From: a virus
Reading direction: 5' to 3' (one strand)
Virus record (IMG/VR): IMGVR_UViG_3300036985_009306
Coordinates: 128,144 to 192,143 of that record
DNA length: 64,000 nt
A program made the translations under genes and the position numbers. Below are positions 9,120 to 19,226 of the stretch, in pieces (the stretch's first letter is position 1; every line of letters begins with the position of its first letter). The notes beneath the pieces are model-generated. The model was not told where the DNA came from. It saw only the letters and a program-made list of their open reading frames with translations, and ran no database searches.

Positions 9120-10772
9120 ATGGAAAAGCTTCAAGGAATTTTTGATCAAGGGTTTTCAGGTATCTATGAAGATTCATCTCGTAAAACAATGCCTGATTAT
9201 TTAGACAAACTAGCCGAACAAGAGAAGGACTTCGAGCCTGAACAAATAGAGGCCCCTAATATAACCTTTGACAAAGATTCGAGTTTATCTAGAGCCAACG
9301 AGTTAACTTCAGATGGGTCTAGAGAATCTTCTAAAACAAACAGATTCACTGTTGAAAAAGAACAAAGAGAAGCACAAGACAATAAATTGAAAGAAATAGA
9401 CAAAATTGTAACTAGTATGCAGGATGAAGGTTTTGATGAGATTCAATCAAGTTTATTAAAAAGGTATTCTAGAGATTTAGTAAGTAAATATTTAGAATCA
9501 AAAATAAAGTTGATTTTGGACAAATATGCTGTTCTTGGTTTTGAGAATTTGAATGAAAAACAAGCAAATATTGTAGAACAAGCAAAGATAGATTTTAAGA
9601 TCAAACGTTCTATGGTTCATGATATTCTAGATAAATTTTCTAAACTTGACTATATTTCAAATGGTATAGTTAAAGATTATCATGATTTGCTTGGTTCAAA
9701 AAGACCTCTTTATATTGTAGCCAAATTTTTGTTTTCATTAAGCTCTATAAAAGATTCTTATAATAAAAATAAAGAAACTAGAATTGCTTTTCAAAGAGAT
9801 GAAGATGAGAAAGTTTTAAGTTTAAGAGACATAAACAATAATTTGAAGAGGAATTCAAATCTACAGAGACAGAATATTTTTACTTTAATGTTGAATGATT
9901 ATAAGCAAGGTGTATATAATAAGTTGGCAAGATCTCAAATTGATCAAAAGATGGCAAAAGAATTTGGTATAGAGAAATTACAACAATTTCATTCAAAATT
10001 TAAAGACGATATTACTAGAGTTGAACGTTTTTATAATCGTCAGGCTTTTGATACAGATTTTTTGAATGCTATGCAACAGGGTGTTGAAGGACAAATAAAG
10101 CCAAAAATTTCATCTTTAAATACTAAAGAAATGTCAAATGATGCTTTTGATCTTATGACAAGAGGAAGTAATTTAGATGAAATTCATGTATCTTTAAAGA
10201 AGAAATATGGATATGTTAATGCAACTCAGTTTTTAGCAGAATATGATGACAGGTTAAAGAAACATTATGGACAGCTTGGATACTTGTTTATTGATGCCAA
10301 TATTTATGCAAATTGTAAAGAAATGGTTGATTCATTCTCAAGATTGCAGCATGCAGGAAGCAAATTGATTTTTAGTTTGAGAGCAAAGAAAGAGTGTGCT
10401 GGATGTAGTTGTAATAAAGGGGGAACATGTGAGAAGACAGGATTGTTGATTTCTAATAATCCTATATGCAGGTCTTCAAGAGCTGCAAAGAGAGTTTTTG
10501 CAAAAGCTTCATCATTTGTACCTAAGACATATATTGATTGTTTCACTTCTCAGATTAAAGAGAGTAATTTAGAACTTATTTCTAAGTTTGCTTTGGGAAT
10601 AGAAGCTGCATTGCAGAATGAAAAGAAGAATATTGGGAAGCAAGCATCAAAGGATAGAACAGAGACAACACATGTGCAGGAAGGTTTTGTAGCAGCAGAT
10701 AGTTTTAATATTGATGTTTTTGAAGAGAAAGTTAGTTCTAAAATAATAGAGGATGTTTTAAAAGGATTGTAA
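9120..10772 (+). CDS. hypothetical protein with Cys-rich C-terminal domain
   Basis: 550 aa; C...CAGCSC...C...C cluster. Confidence 0.8.
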   Translation: MEKLQGIFDQGFSGIYEDSSRKTMPDYLDKLAEQEKDFEPEQIEAPNITFDKDSSLSRANELTSDGSRESSKTNRFTVEKEQREAQDNKLKEIDKIVTSMQDEGFDEIQSSLLKRYSRDLVSKYLESKIKLILDKYAVLGFENLNEKQANIVEQAKIDFKIKRSMVHDILDKFSKLDYISNGIVKDYHDLLGSKRPLYIVAKFLFSLSSIKDSYNKNKETRIAFQRDEDEKVLSLRDINNNLKRNSNLQRQNIFTLMLNDYKQGVYNKLARSQIDQKMAKEFGIEKLQQFHSKFKDDITRVERFYNRQAFDTDFLNAMQQGVEGQIKPKISSLNTKEMSNDAFDLMTRGSNLDEIHVSLKKKYGYVNATQFLAEYDDRLKKHYGQLGYLFIDANIYANCKEMVDSFSRLQHAGSKLIFSLRAKKECAGCSCNKGGTCEKTGLLISNNPICRSSRAAKRVFAKASSFVPKTYIDCFTSQIKESNLELISKFALGIEAALQNEKKNIGKQASKDRTETTHVQEGFVAADSFNIDVFEEKVSSKIIEDVLKGL

Positions 10773-10774
10773 AA

Positions 10775-11344
10775 ATGGTTAAAATGCTAGATGCTAATAT
10801 TACTAAAAGTTTTTCAATTTCTTATCTTGACAAGAATGAAGCCATGTTTTTGTTGGGTCTTTTGAAGTCTGTTCCTTGTTCTCATTGTACAGATTTTTAT
10901 AGGGGTTGTCGAGGAGGAATGACATTGCAAGAAACAGCAATGATGTCAGAAAATGATTATATAGAAAGACATATTCAGGGGACAGAAGCATATGTTTGTG
11001 GGAAATTACGAAACATAATTGTTCTTTCAAAAGCTGAAGAACAAGAATTAGATAATAATTTTGAATCTGACTTTAATAGAAGAATTAGTTTGCTTACAAA
11101 GAAGAATGATGATAGTTCTAAATTTGTTTTGATCAATGATAAAGACGAATTTAGTTCGATAATGAGACAGATGGAAAGACAAATGATAGAAAGAGTACAG
11201 AAAGATGTTGATAAGATTAATCAACATAATGCATCAATAGTTAGTGGTATGCAAGACCAGATAGCTGAACAGGATGACACTATAAAAAAAATGCAATCTG
11301 TGATCCAGAAATTAAGAAGAAAAGACAAAGATGACATTTCTTGA
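10775..11344 (+). CDS. hypothetical protein (CxxC..C motif, C-terminal coiled coil)
   Basis: ORF tiling. Confidence 0.7.
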   Translation: MVKMLDANITKSFSISYLDKNEAMFLLGLLKSVPCSHCTDFYRGCRGGMTLQETAMMSENDYIERHIQGTEAYVCGKLRNIIVLSKAEEQELDNNFESDFNRRISLLTKKNDDSSKFVLINDKDEFSSIMRQMERQMIERVQKDVDKINQHNASIVSGMQDQIAEQDDTIKKMQSVIQKLRRKDKDDIS

Positions 11345-11894
11345 ACTTACTAAAAAGACTTATACATTTAAAGATGTTCCTAAGAAAAGGAATTATCTTT
11401 TAAAGAGATTAAAAAAGATTTATTCAACAACAGATGAAAAAGAGATTACTAGAGTTCTCGATTCAATAAAGATAGAGTTTAGAGAACAAAAAGAAAGAGG
11501 AGCTTCTAATCATAAAAAGTTGACCGTTTATTTACCTTTGCATGATTTTGACAAATATTCTTTGAAGACAAAAGATGATGTAATCAAATATTTAGAGAAT
11601 CCTAAGTCTACTGTCACACATGAAACAAATCATATTTTTCAAAATTTAGCAGAATCATTTCCAGATGTTCAGTATTTAGAAGAAGATTCAGAAGGTAAAT
11701 ATAAGATAGATTATGATAAGTATTGGGATGATGCAGGAGAAAAACAATCAAGATTAGAACAAGTTAGAGAATTATTAAGCTGGGGAATGACAAAATCTGA
11801 AATTATACAGTTTTTGTACAATAGAAAACATGATGATAGAGAGTTATGGAGTAGAATTATAGATAAGGCAATTGAATTGAGAAAGAAAGATTAA
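11331..11894 (+). CDS. putative zincin-type metallopeptidase
   Basis: HExxH motif (THETNH) and a downstream E in GEKQSRL. Confidence 0.5.
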   Translation: MTFLELTKKTYTFKDVPKKRNYLLKRLKKIYSTTDEKEITRVLDSIKIEFREQKERGASNHKKLTVYLPLHDFDKYSLKTKDDVIKYLENPKSTVTHETNHIFQNLAESFPDVQYLEEDSEGKYKIDYDKYWDDAGEKQSRLEQVRELLSWGMTKSEIIQFLYNRKHDDRELWSRIIDKAIELRKKD

Positions 11895-11955
11895 GTTATC
11901 TAAAGTGTTTATCAAGAGTCTTAATTATGAACAATAAACTTTTAGGAGGTTTATC

Positions 11956-12201
11956 ATGGGTATTGTAAATATTGCTTTGACAACTGATGCAGGAGTAACA
12001 AGGTCTATTATGACAGGTGCTAGTCCGTTGAGAATTAGCGATAATGAAACAAGTGCTTATCGTAAAAATTCTCTTGCTTCTGAGCCTATTAGTTCTCATG
12101 CAGTTAGAACTAAGAACAGAGTAAGTAGTATTGCCGGTGTTTTGAAAGCAAAAGTCGATTCGAACAAATCAATTGCCTATGGAGACAGAGCTTTTAGGTA
12201 A
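11956..12201 (+). CDS. hypothetical protein
   Basis: Strong AGGAGGT RBS. Confidence 0.7.
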   Translation: MGIVNIALTTDAGVTRSIMTGASPLRISDNETSAYRKNSLASEPISSHAVRTKNRVSSIAGVLKAKVDSNKSIAYGDRAFR

Positions 12202-12268
12202 ACTCTAAGTCAAATCATCATAGTGTCTCATGGTCCTTGGTTTAGGTATATTTTAAGTGACTATGTCT

Positions 12269-12303
12269 AATGGGTAAAAAGAAATTTCTTTTTACCCATT
12301 TTT
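12269..12303 (+). terminator. perfect 32-bp palindrome followed by a T-run; probable intrinsic terminator
   Basis: AATGGGTAAAAAGAAA/TTTCTTTTTACCCATT then TTT. Confidence 0.7.
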
Positions 12304-12317
12304 GTATATAAAATTAA

Positions 12318-12818
12318 ATGGCAAAATTAAAGTTAGAATTTGAAGGGTGGCATTGTCTCCCTAAGAATGAAACTAAAGTAATTTTAGACATGGCTCGTAT
12401 GAGGTTTGTTAATGCAAATTTCATAGACAATTGTGGTTTGTTAGTCGAAACGACAGATGAATTAAAAGCATTTTCTTTTTGTTTAGAAATAATTGCACAA
12501 TATATAAATATATTAGGTTCTTGGAATGGTTATACTGTGAGAAAAATAAGTAGAAGAATTGTGTTTAATTATCAGGATAAAAAAAGAAAACTTTCCTTTG
12601 AATATTTCAAGAAACTAATAACTGAGAGTAGATTTGAAGATGCCACAATAATATTGGCAGGGAAACTTTATTTAGACCCAAATGAAACAAAAATGATGTT
12701 AAAAACTATTGAACGAGATTTAGGAAAGTTTCTTGTTGAGATGAAGGATAATCAATTAAAAATTGCTTATAATCTCTTAATAAAATATGCAAGTACTTCT
12801 GTTAGGAAATTTGAATAA
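12318..12818 (+). CDS. hypothetical protein
   Basis: 166-aa ORF. Confidence 0.7.
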   Translation: MAKLKLEFEGWHCLPKNETKVILDMARMRFVNANFIDNCGLLVETTDELKAFSFCLEIIAQYINILGSWNGYTVRKISRRIVFNYQDKKRKLSFEYFKKLITESRFEDATIILAGKLYLDPNETKMMLKTIERDLGKFLVEMKDNQLKIAYNLLIKYASTSVRKFE

Positions 12819-13138
12819 ATGGACTTTCTGAAATTACCTATGTTTATAGAACGAAAGAAAAGAGTGATTTATAACACGTAATTTTGGATTAGGATTTAGA
12901 CAACAATCTGATACAGGTTATTTGCTATGCGATTGTGGTGGGGATCTTTTTATATAAACCCTAATGGAAGCAGCAAAGGTGTCACATATCTTTTTGCTGT
13001 GCTAAATGTAAAGAGTCCTGTGGAAAGATAGTTATAACTGAGGGCAAACTTGAAATAGTGTCTACTGATTTCGCAACTCTTAATTCTTTTTCTACAATAC
13101 TCATTCAATGCCCAGGAGATAAAGAGGATTTATATTAA
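12819..13138 (+). pseudogene. frameshifted Cys-rich hypothetical gene
   Basis: Protein-like segments (MDFLKLP..., ...YLLCDCGGDLF, YINPNGSSKGVTYLF, CCAKCKESCGK...EDLY) lie in successive frames; two of the shifts are at T5 runs. Confidence 0.4.
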
Positions 13139-13262
13139 AATTAAGAAATATCAATGTGGTGGTTGGTTAGCGCAAAACGAAAGGCACTATGATCACGATC
13201 GTAATAATTACAATAGAATTCAAGACTCAGCAAACCTCAAAGTAAAATATCCTGAATTTGAG

Positions 13263-13484
13263 ATGGTGATGAACCCAACAATAAATTTAAAAGAGTTGAA
13301 AACTGCTATGCAATCTGGTGACATAAAAAATGTAAAAATCATAGAGACAGTCTCTGGTAAAGTAACAACTGTAGGAGAAGTTTTTAATGGATTGACGGAT
13401 AATCTGGAAAAAATGGAAATAATTCATAAAAAAAATTCTATTTTGGGAAAAATGTTCTCAAACCAAACATCAAAAATTATATAA
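13263..13484 (+). CDS. hypothetical protein
   Basis: 73-aa ORF. Confidence 0.5.
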   Translation: MVMNPTINLKELKTAMQSGDIKNVKIIETVSGKVTTVGEVFNGLTDNLEKMEIIHKKNSILGKMFSNQTSKII

Positions 13485-13578
13485 AGTAAACAAATAAACA
13501 AAATGAAAATTATTACAAAGAAATAACATGCTCAAGATGCTATAGTAACATTGCATCTGAGTGAACAGGAGGACAAAG

Positions 13579-13941
13579 ATGACAACTCAGGTTGTTTTGT
13601 TAGGTTTGTGCTGCGTAATTGTGGTATTGGTGATTGTTTTTCGTAAAACTTCTTTTGTTAAGAAGTATTGGAGATACTCTTTAATTTTAATTCCTGCTAT
13701 TTTGATTTTAATTTTGGTTATTTTGAAGGGTAATAAGGGCAATACTTCAACAAATTCTTCTGCATTAAAAGATTCTATTTCAGACATCAAAGGTAAGCTT
13801 AATGAGGTGAACACAATAGTACAAATAGAAGCAGCAATAACAAAGACAAATGATGAGCAAAAGATGCAACAGCTTAAAGAAGTGCAAAAGATACCTGATG
13901 ATACTGAGAGAAGGAAAAAACTAGCTGAATTGATTGGGTAA
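13579..13941 (+). CDS. membrane protein (two N-terminal TM segments plus coiled coil; possibly inner-spanin-like)
   Basis: AGGAGG RBS before ATG 13579; hydrophobic segments then an amphipathic helix. Confidence 0.65.
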   Translation: MTTQVVLLGLCCVIVVLVIVFRKTSFVKKYWRYSLILIPAILILILVILKGNKGNTSTNSSALKDSISDIKGKLNEVNTIVQIEAAITKTNDEQKMQQLKEVQKIPDDTERRKKLAELIG

Positions 13942-13993
13942 ACAATGAATTCTAAGATTAATTATTAGAGTTTATAATTGAAAGGAGCGACAA

Positions 13994-14266
13994 ATGTCAA
14001 CTTGGGTAGTTCCAATCGTGGTTTGTTTTTTAGTAGGTGCATTTTCTTTCTTCATGGGGCGGTGGAGTCGCCGTTCTAACACTAAGGCAGGCGCTCCTTC
14101 CACATCAACCAACAGTGATTATGCGGCGTTGGCACAGGCGTGGCGCAAACTTGCTGATGAGTCAAGTGACGCACGGTATAGTGCTCATCTTTATGGTTGT
14201 GCCGAAGATTTGTGCCAACTCAATTCGGCCAAAGCTCCGAACTCGCATTTTGCGGCGACTGTATAG
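13994..14266 (+). CDS. hypothetical membrane-anchored protein (GC-richer patch)
   Basis: AAAGGAG RBS, N-terminal TM helix. Confidence 0.6.
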   Translation: MSTWVVPIVVCFLVGAFSFFMGRWSRRSNTKAGAPSTSTNSDYAALAQAWRKLADESSDARYSAHLYGCAEDLCQLNSAKAPNSHFAATV

Positions 14267-14274
14267 GGACACAA

Positions 14275-14487
14275 ATGGATTCTAAATACGTAGTTCATCT
14301 TCTAAAACAACTAATTGTGAAGCACGGGCAGGTTCGGCACAACGAAGCATTGGAATCCATTTGTGCAGAACTGAAGGGGCACTGCAAAACAGTCCGGCGA
14401 AACGCCCATACAACAGACAAAGTGCGCCATATAGATGACGTGTTCCTTCGACCGAGAGCTTCGGGCAACTATCGAAAAATATTCTAA
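14275..14487 (+). CDS. hypothetical protein (GC-richer patch)
   Basis: ATG 14275 after AGGG. Confidence 0.45.
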   Translation: MDSKYVVHLLKQLIVKHGQVRHNEALESICAELKGHCKTVRRNAHTTDKVRHIDDVFLRPRASGNYRKIF

Positions 14488-14728
14488 TGATGGTTTGTTG
14501 TCGGCAGGAGAAATTGTTGCCGTATTGGAGGTTGTAAAACATGCTACCATTCACGCTGCTGAGAATGCGGCGGCTGACACTGAGGTAGACAATTTTACAT
14601 CCACCAACAGCGCTATGGATGCCATTGCCGAACTCGCCGAAAAGTTCATTGTGTCAAATAAATGTGACGAAAGTGTTTCTATAATGCTGCGGTGCTTTGC
14701 GGAGTATGTTCGGCAACAGCACCAGTAG
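14435..14728 (+). CDS. hypothetical protein (GC-richer patch; start uncertain)
   Basis: ORF ends just before the GAACGTTGG motif. Confidence 0.4.
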   Translation: MTCSFDRELRATIEKYSNDGLLSAGEIVAVLEVVKHATIHAAENAAADTEVDNFTSTNSAMDAIAELAEKFIVSNKCDESVSIMLRCFAEYVRQQHQ

Positions 14729-14795
14729 CGCGAACGTTGGCCAAAATAAACCGCGTTGGGAACAGATATTATAGCCCGGCGCAGGAGAAAACAAA

Positions 14796-15122
14796 ATGGA
14801 ATGCAAATTTACCCAGGGCTTTGTGACAGCGTGTGCGGCAACGTTGCGTAATCATGGTTGTGATACCATTGTCGCGGATACTCTCGTTTGTTGTGGCCCA
14901 GTGTCAGTGGATCAGTATCGGAAGTTGGGTGTTGAGGAATACGACATTGATATTTTGCGACCTGTTATCAAAGAAATACAAAGGAAGAAAAGATGCGCCA
15001 GGAGTACACTGCGGAAACGCAGTTTACATCGGCCAACAGCTCAAGCATGGCAATCGGACGGTACTGTGGTGCCTGCTGACGGTTACGGCCAGCATAGTCA
15101 TCCTGATTTTTTCTCAAATTAA
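14796..15122 (+). CDS. hypothetical protein (GC-richer patch)
   Basis: AGGAG RBS within the GGCGCAGGAGAA motif. Confidence 0.55.
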   Translation: MECKFTQGFVTACAATLRNHGCDTIVADTLVCCGPVSVDQYRKLGVEEYDIDILRPVIKEIQRKKRCARSTLRKRSLHRPTAQAWQSDGTVVPADGYGQHSHPDFFSN

Positions 15123-15169
15123 CGGCGCCACTCTGATATCCAGATGTTGGTGCAAGAAAGGAAATACAA

Positions 15170-15421
15170 ATGGTATTAATTGACGGCAAAGAAGTAGATG
15201 TTAAAGAAGTCGATGCTGCAAAACATGGATTTATTGGGACGTTTCGTAAACCGTTTGAACAAATCAAAAGACCACTTTACGACATAATTTTTTGCAGTTG
15301 CGGATTGAATGTTTGTGGTGGTCACTATGACCTTTATCAACATTGGCAAATGGGGCATTTTGACTTGTTGCAATACAAAACAATAGAAGATGTGCCAACG
15401 GAAATTAAGGAAGTGGCATAG
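15170..15421 (+). CDS. hypothetical protein
   Basis: AAAGGA RBS; stop is followed by ACATCTTACAAC. Confidence 0.6.
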   Translation: MVLIDGKEVDVKEVDAAKHGFIGTFRKPFEQIKRPLYDIIFCSCGLNVCGGHYDLYQHWQMGHFDLLQYKTIEDVPTEIKEVA

Positions 15422-15522
15422 ACATCTTACAACAGCAGCATAAAATAACCGCCGACTGGTGGAATGATTGGAGTACCATAGATGATGAGCCATTTGACAT
15501 TTGACAACTGTTAGGAGATTGT

Positions 15523-16029
15523 ATGAAAAAATTTTTTTCACTAGTTTGTTTGTTAATGATATCATGTGCATCTACAAAACCTGCTGTAAACGAACAACAT
15601 TTGAAATATTCATATTTACCTCCTAAATTAAATATTGATTCATTGATGCCAGTCAATAGTGTTGTAGACACAAATCTTCATGATTTTACTTCTGTTGCAA
15701 TTGATTCTGGAAAACTAGTTACTATTAATAAAGATACTCTTAAACTTCATCCTGGAGTATTGATAAGTGAAAAAAAAGCAGCTCTATTTATTTATTATAA
15801 ATCAAGTTATGAATATTTATATAAAAAAGCTATGTTGACAAATATATTGTATTCTGATTATTACGACAAATCTGTTGATGCTGAGAAAATTTATCAAAAT
15901 GATATAATAAATTTGTCTAAAAAAGCTGAAAGAACTTGGTTGGAAAAAAATATGGTTTATTTTGGGTTTATAGCAGGTATTGCTACATGCATTCTTACTG
16001 AATATGCGGTGATTAAAACATCTAAGTAA
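15523..16029 (+). CDS. lipoprotein with C-terminal TM segment (possibly spanin-like)
   Basis: MKKFFSLVCLLMISC signal peptide/lipobox; C-terminal hydrophobic MVYFGFIAGIATCIL. Confidence 0.7.
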   Translation: MKKFFSLVCLLMISCASTKPAVNEQHLKYSYLPPKLNIDSLMPVNSVVDTNLHDFTSVAIDSGKLVTINKDTLKLHPGVLISEKKAALFIYYKSSYEYLYKKAMLTNILYSDYYDKSVDAEKIYQNDIINLSKKAERTWLEKNMVYFGFIAGIATCILTEYAVIKTSK

Positions 16030-16038
16030 AGGGAATTT

Positions 16039-16215
16039 ATGATATTGTTCATCATCTATTTTTTGATGACAGCTATTTTTTATCTTTTTATGACTTCCAG
16101 GGGATTTTGGAGAAGTTCATCGACACTCTATTCAAAAATTTTTCTTTCTTTAATTTTTCCTGTGACAATTGCAGTAATTTTAGTATTTATAAACAAGAAA
16201 GGAGAGATTAAGTAA
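16039..16215 (+). CDS. small two-TM membrane protein
   Basis: 58-aa hydrophobic ORF read directly from the sequence (below the track cutoff). Confidence 0.45.
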   Translation: MILFIIYFLMTAIFYLFMTSRGFWRSSSTLYSKIFLSLIFPVTIAVILVFINKKGEIK

Positions 16216-16359
16216 GACAAATATTAAAGTCTCACTCAGAAGACTAATAAAGATTGAGTTTAGGTGACAGCAACTGTAAAACCAGGTTGCAAAAATCCGC
16301 TACAATTTCTGTAGCAATAAAACCGAACCAATAAAAAGGTTCAACACAAGGAGATTAAA

Positions 16360-17247
16360 ATGAGTATCGATCTTAAGTCCCGCATTTCATCCGCAGCAGA
16401 AGTTCTTGATCTTTTTTTTCAAAAAGCAAAAATTGATGTTGATTCAATCTCATATCTTAAACAAATTCTTGAGCTTATGGGAATTGATGAAACAAAAACC
16501 GGTATTGAAACTTTAGAAGCAGAATCTACTACTTTTGAAGATTTTCAAAAAATAATCCTTGTAAAAATTCCTTTACCCAGACTCAAACTTGCGTGGTCAA
16601 TTCTCAAAGGAGTTGAAGAAACAAAAACAAATGTAACCAATGTGATTAATCAGTCTGCTGATTTGTCTACATTGATTCAGACTATAAGACCGATTGGAAC
16701 ATGGGGTGATCTCGAACTTTTAGAGAAATATGGAAGAGAATGTTCCCCAGAAATTGAAGAGGAATTGAAGAAAAGGAGTAAGAGTAGAAACTGTATTGTG
16801 TTTTTTGAGGATGGAACAGTTGATTCTGAAAAATCTTTGTATGTTTTGAGAAAAGCACGGCATCAAGAAACTCCCACAACCTTCATGTTTAAAGACGAAA
16901 TGAAACAAGTCTTTAAAGTAGGAGAGTTTCCGCTAGACGTCCTTTTTGAATGTCCTATCCACAGAAATGTTCTTCTAGTCGATGGATATTGTGAAGAATG
17001 TGGTATAACTTGGAATACTGAAAACATGGATCGTCTTGCACTTCTTAGATTAGTAAAAGAAGGCACTTCATCTGATCCAATAGTTTACAGAACTTTTAAT
17101 TTCGATAAATTGTGTAAAGAATTTCCCAAAATCTATATACAATTTAAAGAATTAAAATCTGAAGACAAGCTTCCAAGTTTAAAGAGAAGAATTTCTAAAG
17201 CAAAAGATGGCGACCCTTTCAGGGTTTCTTCTCACAAGACATTCTAA
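16360..17247 (+). CDS. hypothetical protein with CPIH...CxxC zinc ribbon
   Basis: AAGGAG RBS; ECPIHRNVLLVDGYCEECG. Confidence 0.8.
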   Translation: MSIDLKSRISSAAEVLDLFFQKAKIDVDSISYLKQILELMGIDETKTGIETLEAESTTFEDFQKIILVKIPLPRLKLAWSILKGVEETKTNVTNVINQSADLSTLIQTIRPIGTWGDLELLEKYGRECSPEIEEELKKRSKSRNCIVFFEDGTVDSEKSLYVLRKARHQETPTTFMFKDEMKQVFKVGEFPLDVLFECPIHRNVLLVDGYCEECGITWNTENMDRLALLRLVKEGTSSDPIVYRTFNFDKLCKEFPKIYIQFKELKSEDKLPSLKRRISKAKDGDPFRVSSHKTF

Positions 17248-17257
17248 TTTTTTAACT

Positions 17258-17287
17258 TAGGTAGCACTATTTTCATAGTGCTACCTA
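17258..17287 (+). terminator. 13-bp hairpin (terminator-like or processing site)
   Basis: TAGGTAGCACTAT-TTTC-ATAGTGCTACCTA. Confidence 0.55.
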
Positions 17288-17305
17288 TTACTAAAGGGAG
17301 TTTTT

Positions 17306-18382
17306 ATGTTTACTATGCAGCACAAAGGATTTAATGCTAAAATAATGAGAGCACAAAGGTTAACTGGATTAGGAACACATGAATTACCTCTGGGTACTCC
17401 TATAGAAACACTTCCGGTTGATGAGTTTAAAGAGCCTCTTTCTCATTGGATAAAGGGTGCAGGAAATTATGTAGTTCCTGTTGACTCTGATTGGGGGTTA
17501 TGGTTTGACTTTACATTGAACGATCGAATGAATACAGCAGTTCTTTTGTCAATTAAGGGAATGAATCCTGTGACAGGACAAAGAACGAACGGGTTAGGAT
17601 TAGAACGATATGAAGAAAAATGTCCAATCCATGATGTTAAGTTTAAGGATGGATTGTTTTGTGAGAAGTGTAATTATAAGTGGCCTTATCAAAATTATAT
17701 TTCTCATCCAAATGTCCTTTGGTGGGATGGTTTTAGATCATCTGATGGAAAAGTAAGACAATTCTTCTTTACAGAAGATATGGCAAAATCTGTTCCTGAA
17801 CTTGTTATTGGGAAGGAAGATACTGTTCCTGCATTTGGATTTGCGTTTTTTAGACCTAAAGTAACAAGAGGTGCTGTTGGTCAGAAAACTAGGTCTGGTA
17901 TTATTTCAAGTTATAATGAAATTAAGTATTGTAAGTCATCTGCACCAAGTCATAAATTTTTAGGTTCAGGTTCAAATTTAGAATCATTAAATGAGCAAAA
18001 AACTTCTGACATTAAAAATATTTCAGATAGTATGATGTCATTGTGTTGTGATTCTCTTTCTGAACTTCCTCAAGTTGCTTGTGCTGTTGCTTGTGCTGCT
18101 GCACCAGTTGAATATGTTGAAACTCTTTCTTTTATTCAAGAAAGATGTGTAGAAAAAAAGTCGAGATCTAAAAATGCTGAAGTAGGTGTTGGAGCAGGAG
18201 CAGAGATAAGTCAAAGTTTGCAGATTGATCCTTTGAAAGTAAACGATTGGGAGAATGAGCCTGCTTCTGTCATGAGATTGTATTTTGTATTTATAGAACA
18301 ATTTGAAGAAATAAAATCTAAGGGATTAGTCGATTTAATTGGGCAAAAAGAGGGATATTTGTCTGGTTTGCCTGTTGGTTAA
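17306..18382 (+). CDS. hypothetical protein with CPIH...CxxC zinc ribbon
   Basis: KCPIHDVKFKDGLFCEKC; QNY...WWDG...VRQF and VGVGAGAEISQ motifs. Confidence 0.8.
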   Translation: MFTMQHKGFNAKIMRAQRLTGLGTHELPLGTPIETLPVDEFKEPLSHWIKGAGNYVVPVDSDWGLWFDFTLNDRMNTAVLLSIKGMNPVTGQRTNGLGLERYEEKCPIHDVKFKDGLFCEKCNYKWPYQNYISHPNVLWWDGFRSSDGKVRQFFFTEDMAKSVPELVIGKEDTVPAFGFAFFRPKVTRGAVGQKTRSGIISSYNEIKYCKSSAPSHKFLGSGSNLESLNEQKTSDIKNISDSMMSLCCDSLSELPQVACAVACAAAPVEYVETLSFIQERCVEKKSRSKNAEVGVGAGAEISQSLQIDPLKVNDWENEPASVMRLYFVFIEQFEEIKSKGLVDLIGQKEGYLSGLPVG

Positions 18383-18416
18383 AAAGATTGTTAATTTTTT
18401 TCTAAAAGATATATAA

Positions 18417-18448
18417 TAAGAGACAGAGGCAGATACTTCTGTCTCTTA
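18417..18448 (+). other. hairpin immediately downstream of a TATATAA promoter-like motif
   Basis: TAAGAGACAGAGG-CAGATA-CTTCTGTCTCTTA. Confidence 0.5.
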
Positions 18449-18772
18449 TGTTAAGAACTAACAAATGAAAACAAATCTATTTAATTCTAAAAATATAGAA
18501 GATAATAATAGAAAATTTTGTAATACATCTTCTTGTAGATTAAATAGTAATAAAAGATGTAGAGCACCATCAGAAGTTCATCGAACTTGTAGAAAAAAGA
18601 CATGAATCAAAGACAAGAGAAAATTAAAATACTTTGTGATCAACTCCGAAAAATTGCTAATATAAAATATTTGGGGGGAGAATTTTTTTTGTGTTGATGA
18701 ACCATTGAGAGTTAGTCAAATATTTATGACTCAAGAGTGTTTTGATGAAATAAAACAATGGGCGGATAACTG

Positions 18773-18997
18773 ATGATATTAATTTCAAAAGAAATTTCTA
18801 AAAATTTTGTATTTGAAATTTCTTTTTTTCATAAGTTGAGAAATTTTAAAGATGGAATCTCATTTTTAGAGTTTGATGTAAATTTAGACTTGTATAAAGG
18901 AGATCACAATCCTCAATTTGAGATGTGTTTAGTTATATTGAATTTTAAGATTTTTGAAACTAATATCTATAATATTAATCATGGTGAGATGATATGA
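18773..18997 (+). CDS. hypothetical protein
   Basis: Coupled ORF. Confidence 0.6.
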   Translation: MILISKEISKNFVFEISFFHKLRNFKDGISFLEFDVNLDLYKGDHNPQFEMCLVILNFKIFETNIYNINHGEMI

Positions 18998-19209
18998 AAG
19001 TTGAAAAAGCTATAGAAGTCATTCATGAATATTGGCCAGATACTAACCAAATTATGTGGGGCGAGGCTTTAGAGACGCTCATTCAATGTGTGCTTGACAA
19101 AGTTGAAATAATTAATGAATTAAGAGTTTTGAAGCATCTAATAGAGACAGAAAGTAAGACTACAGCATTGCAAATTATTGATGCAATGATTGAAGATGCC
19201 CATTCTTAG
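18994..19209 (+). CDS. hypothetical protein
   Basis: ATGA overlap. Confidence 0.6.
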   Translation: MKVEKAIEVIHEYWPDTNQIMWGEALETLIQCVLDKVEIINELRVLKHLIETESKTTALQIIDAMIEDAHS

Positions 19210-19226
19210 TCCACCGCAAAGACTGC

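Noticed and set aside
4903-10772. K/R-x-A-S/G protease-cleavage motif in putative head proteins (KTAS, KVAS, KIAG, KQAS)
   Set aside because: The motif is too short and too few instances were counted by eye to distinguish from chance.
12269-12300. 32-bp perfect palindrome as a recombination site or origin
   Set aside because: Its position after a gene and the following T-run are adequately explained by an intrinsic terminator.
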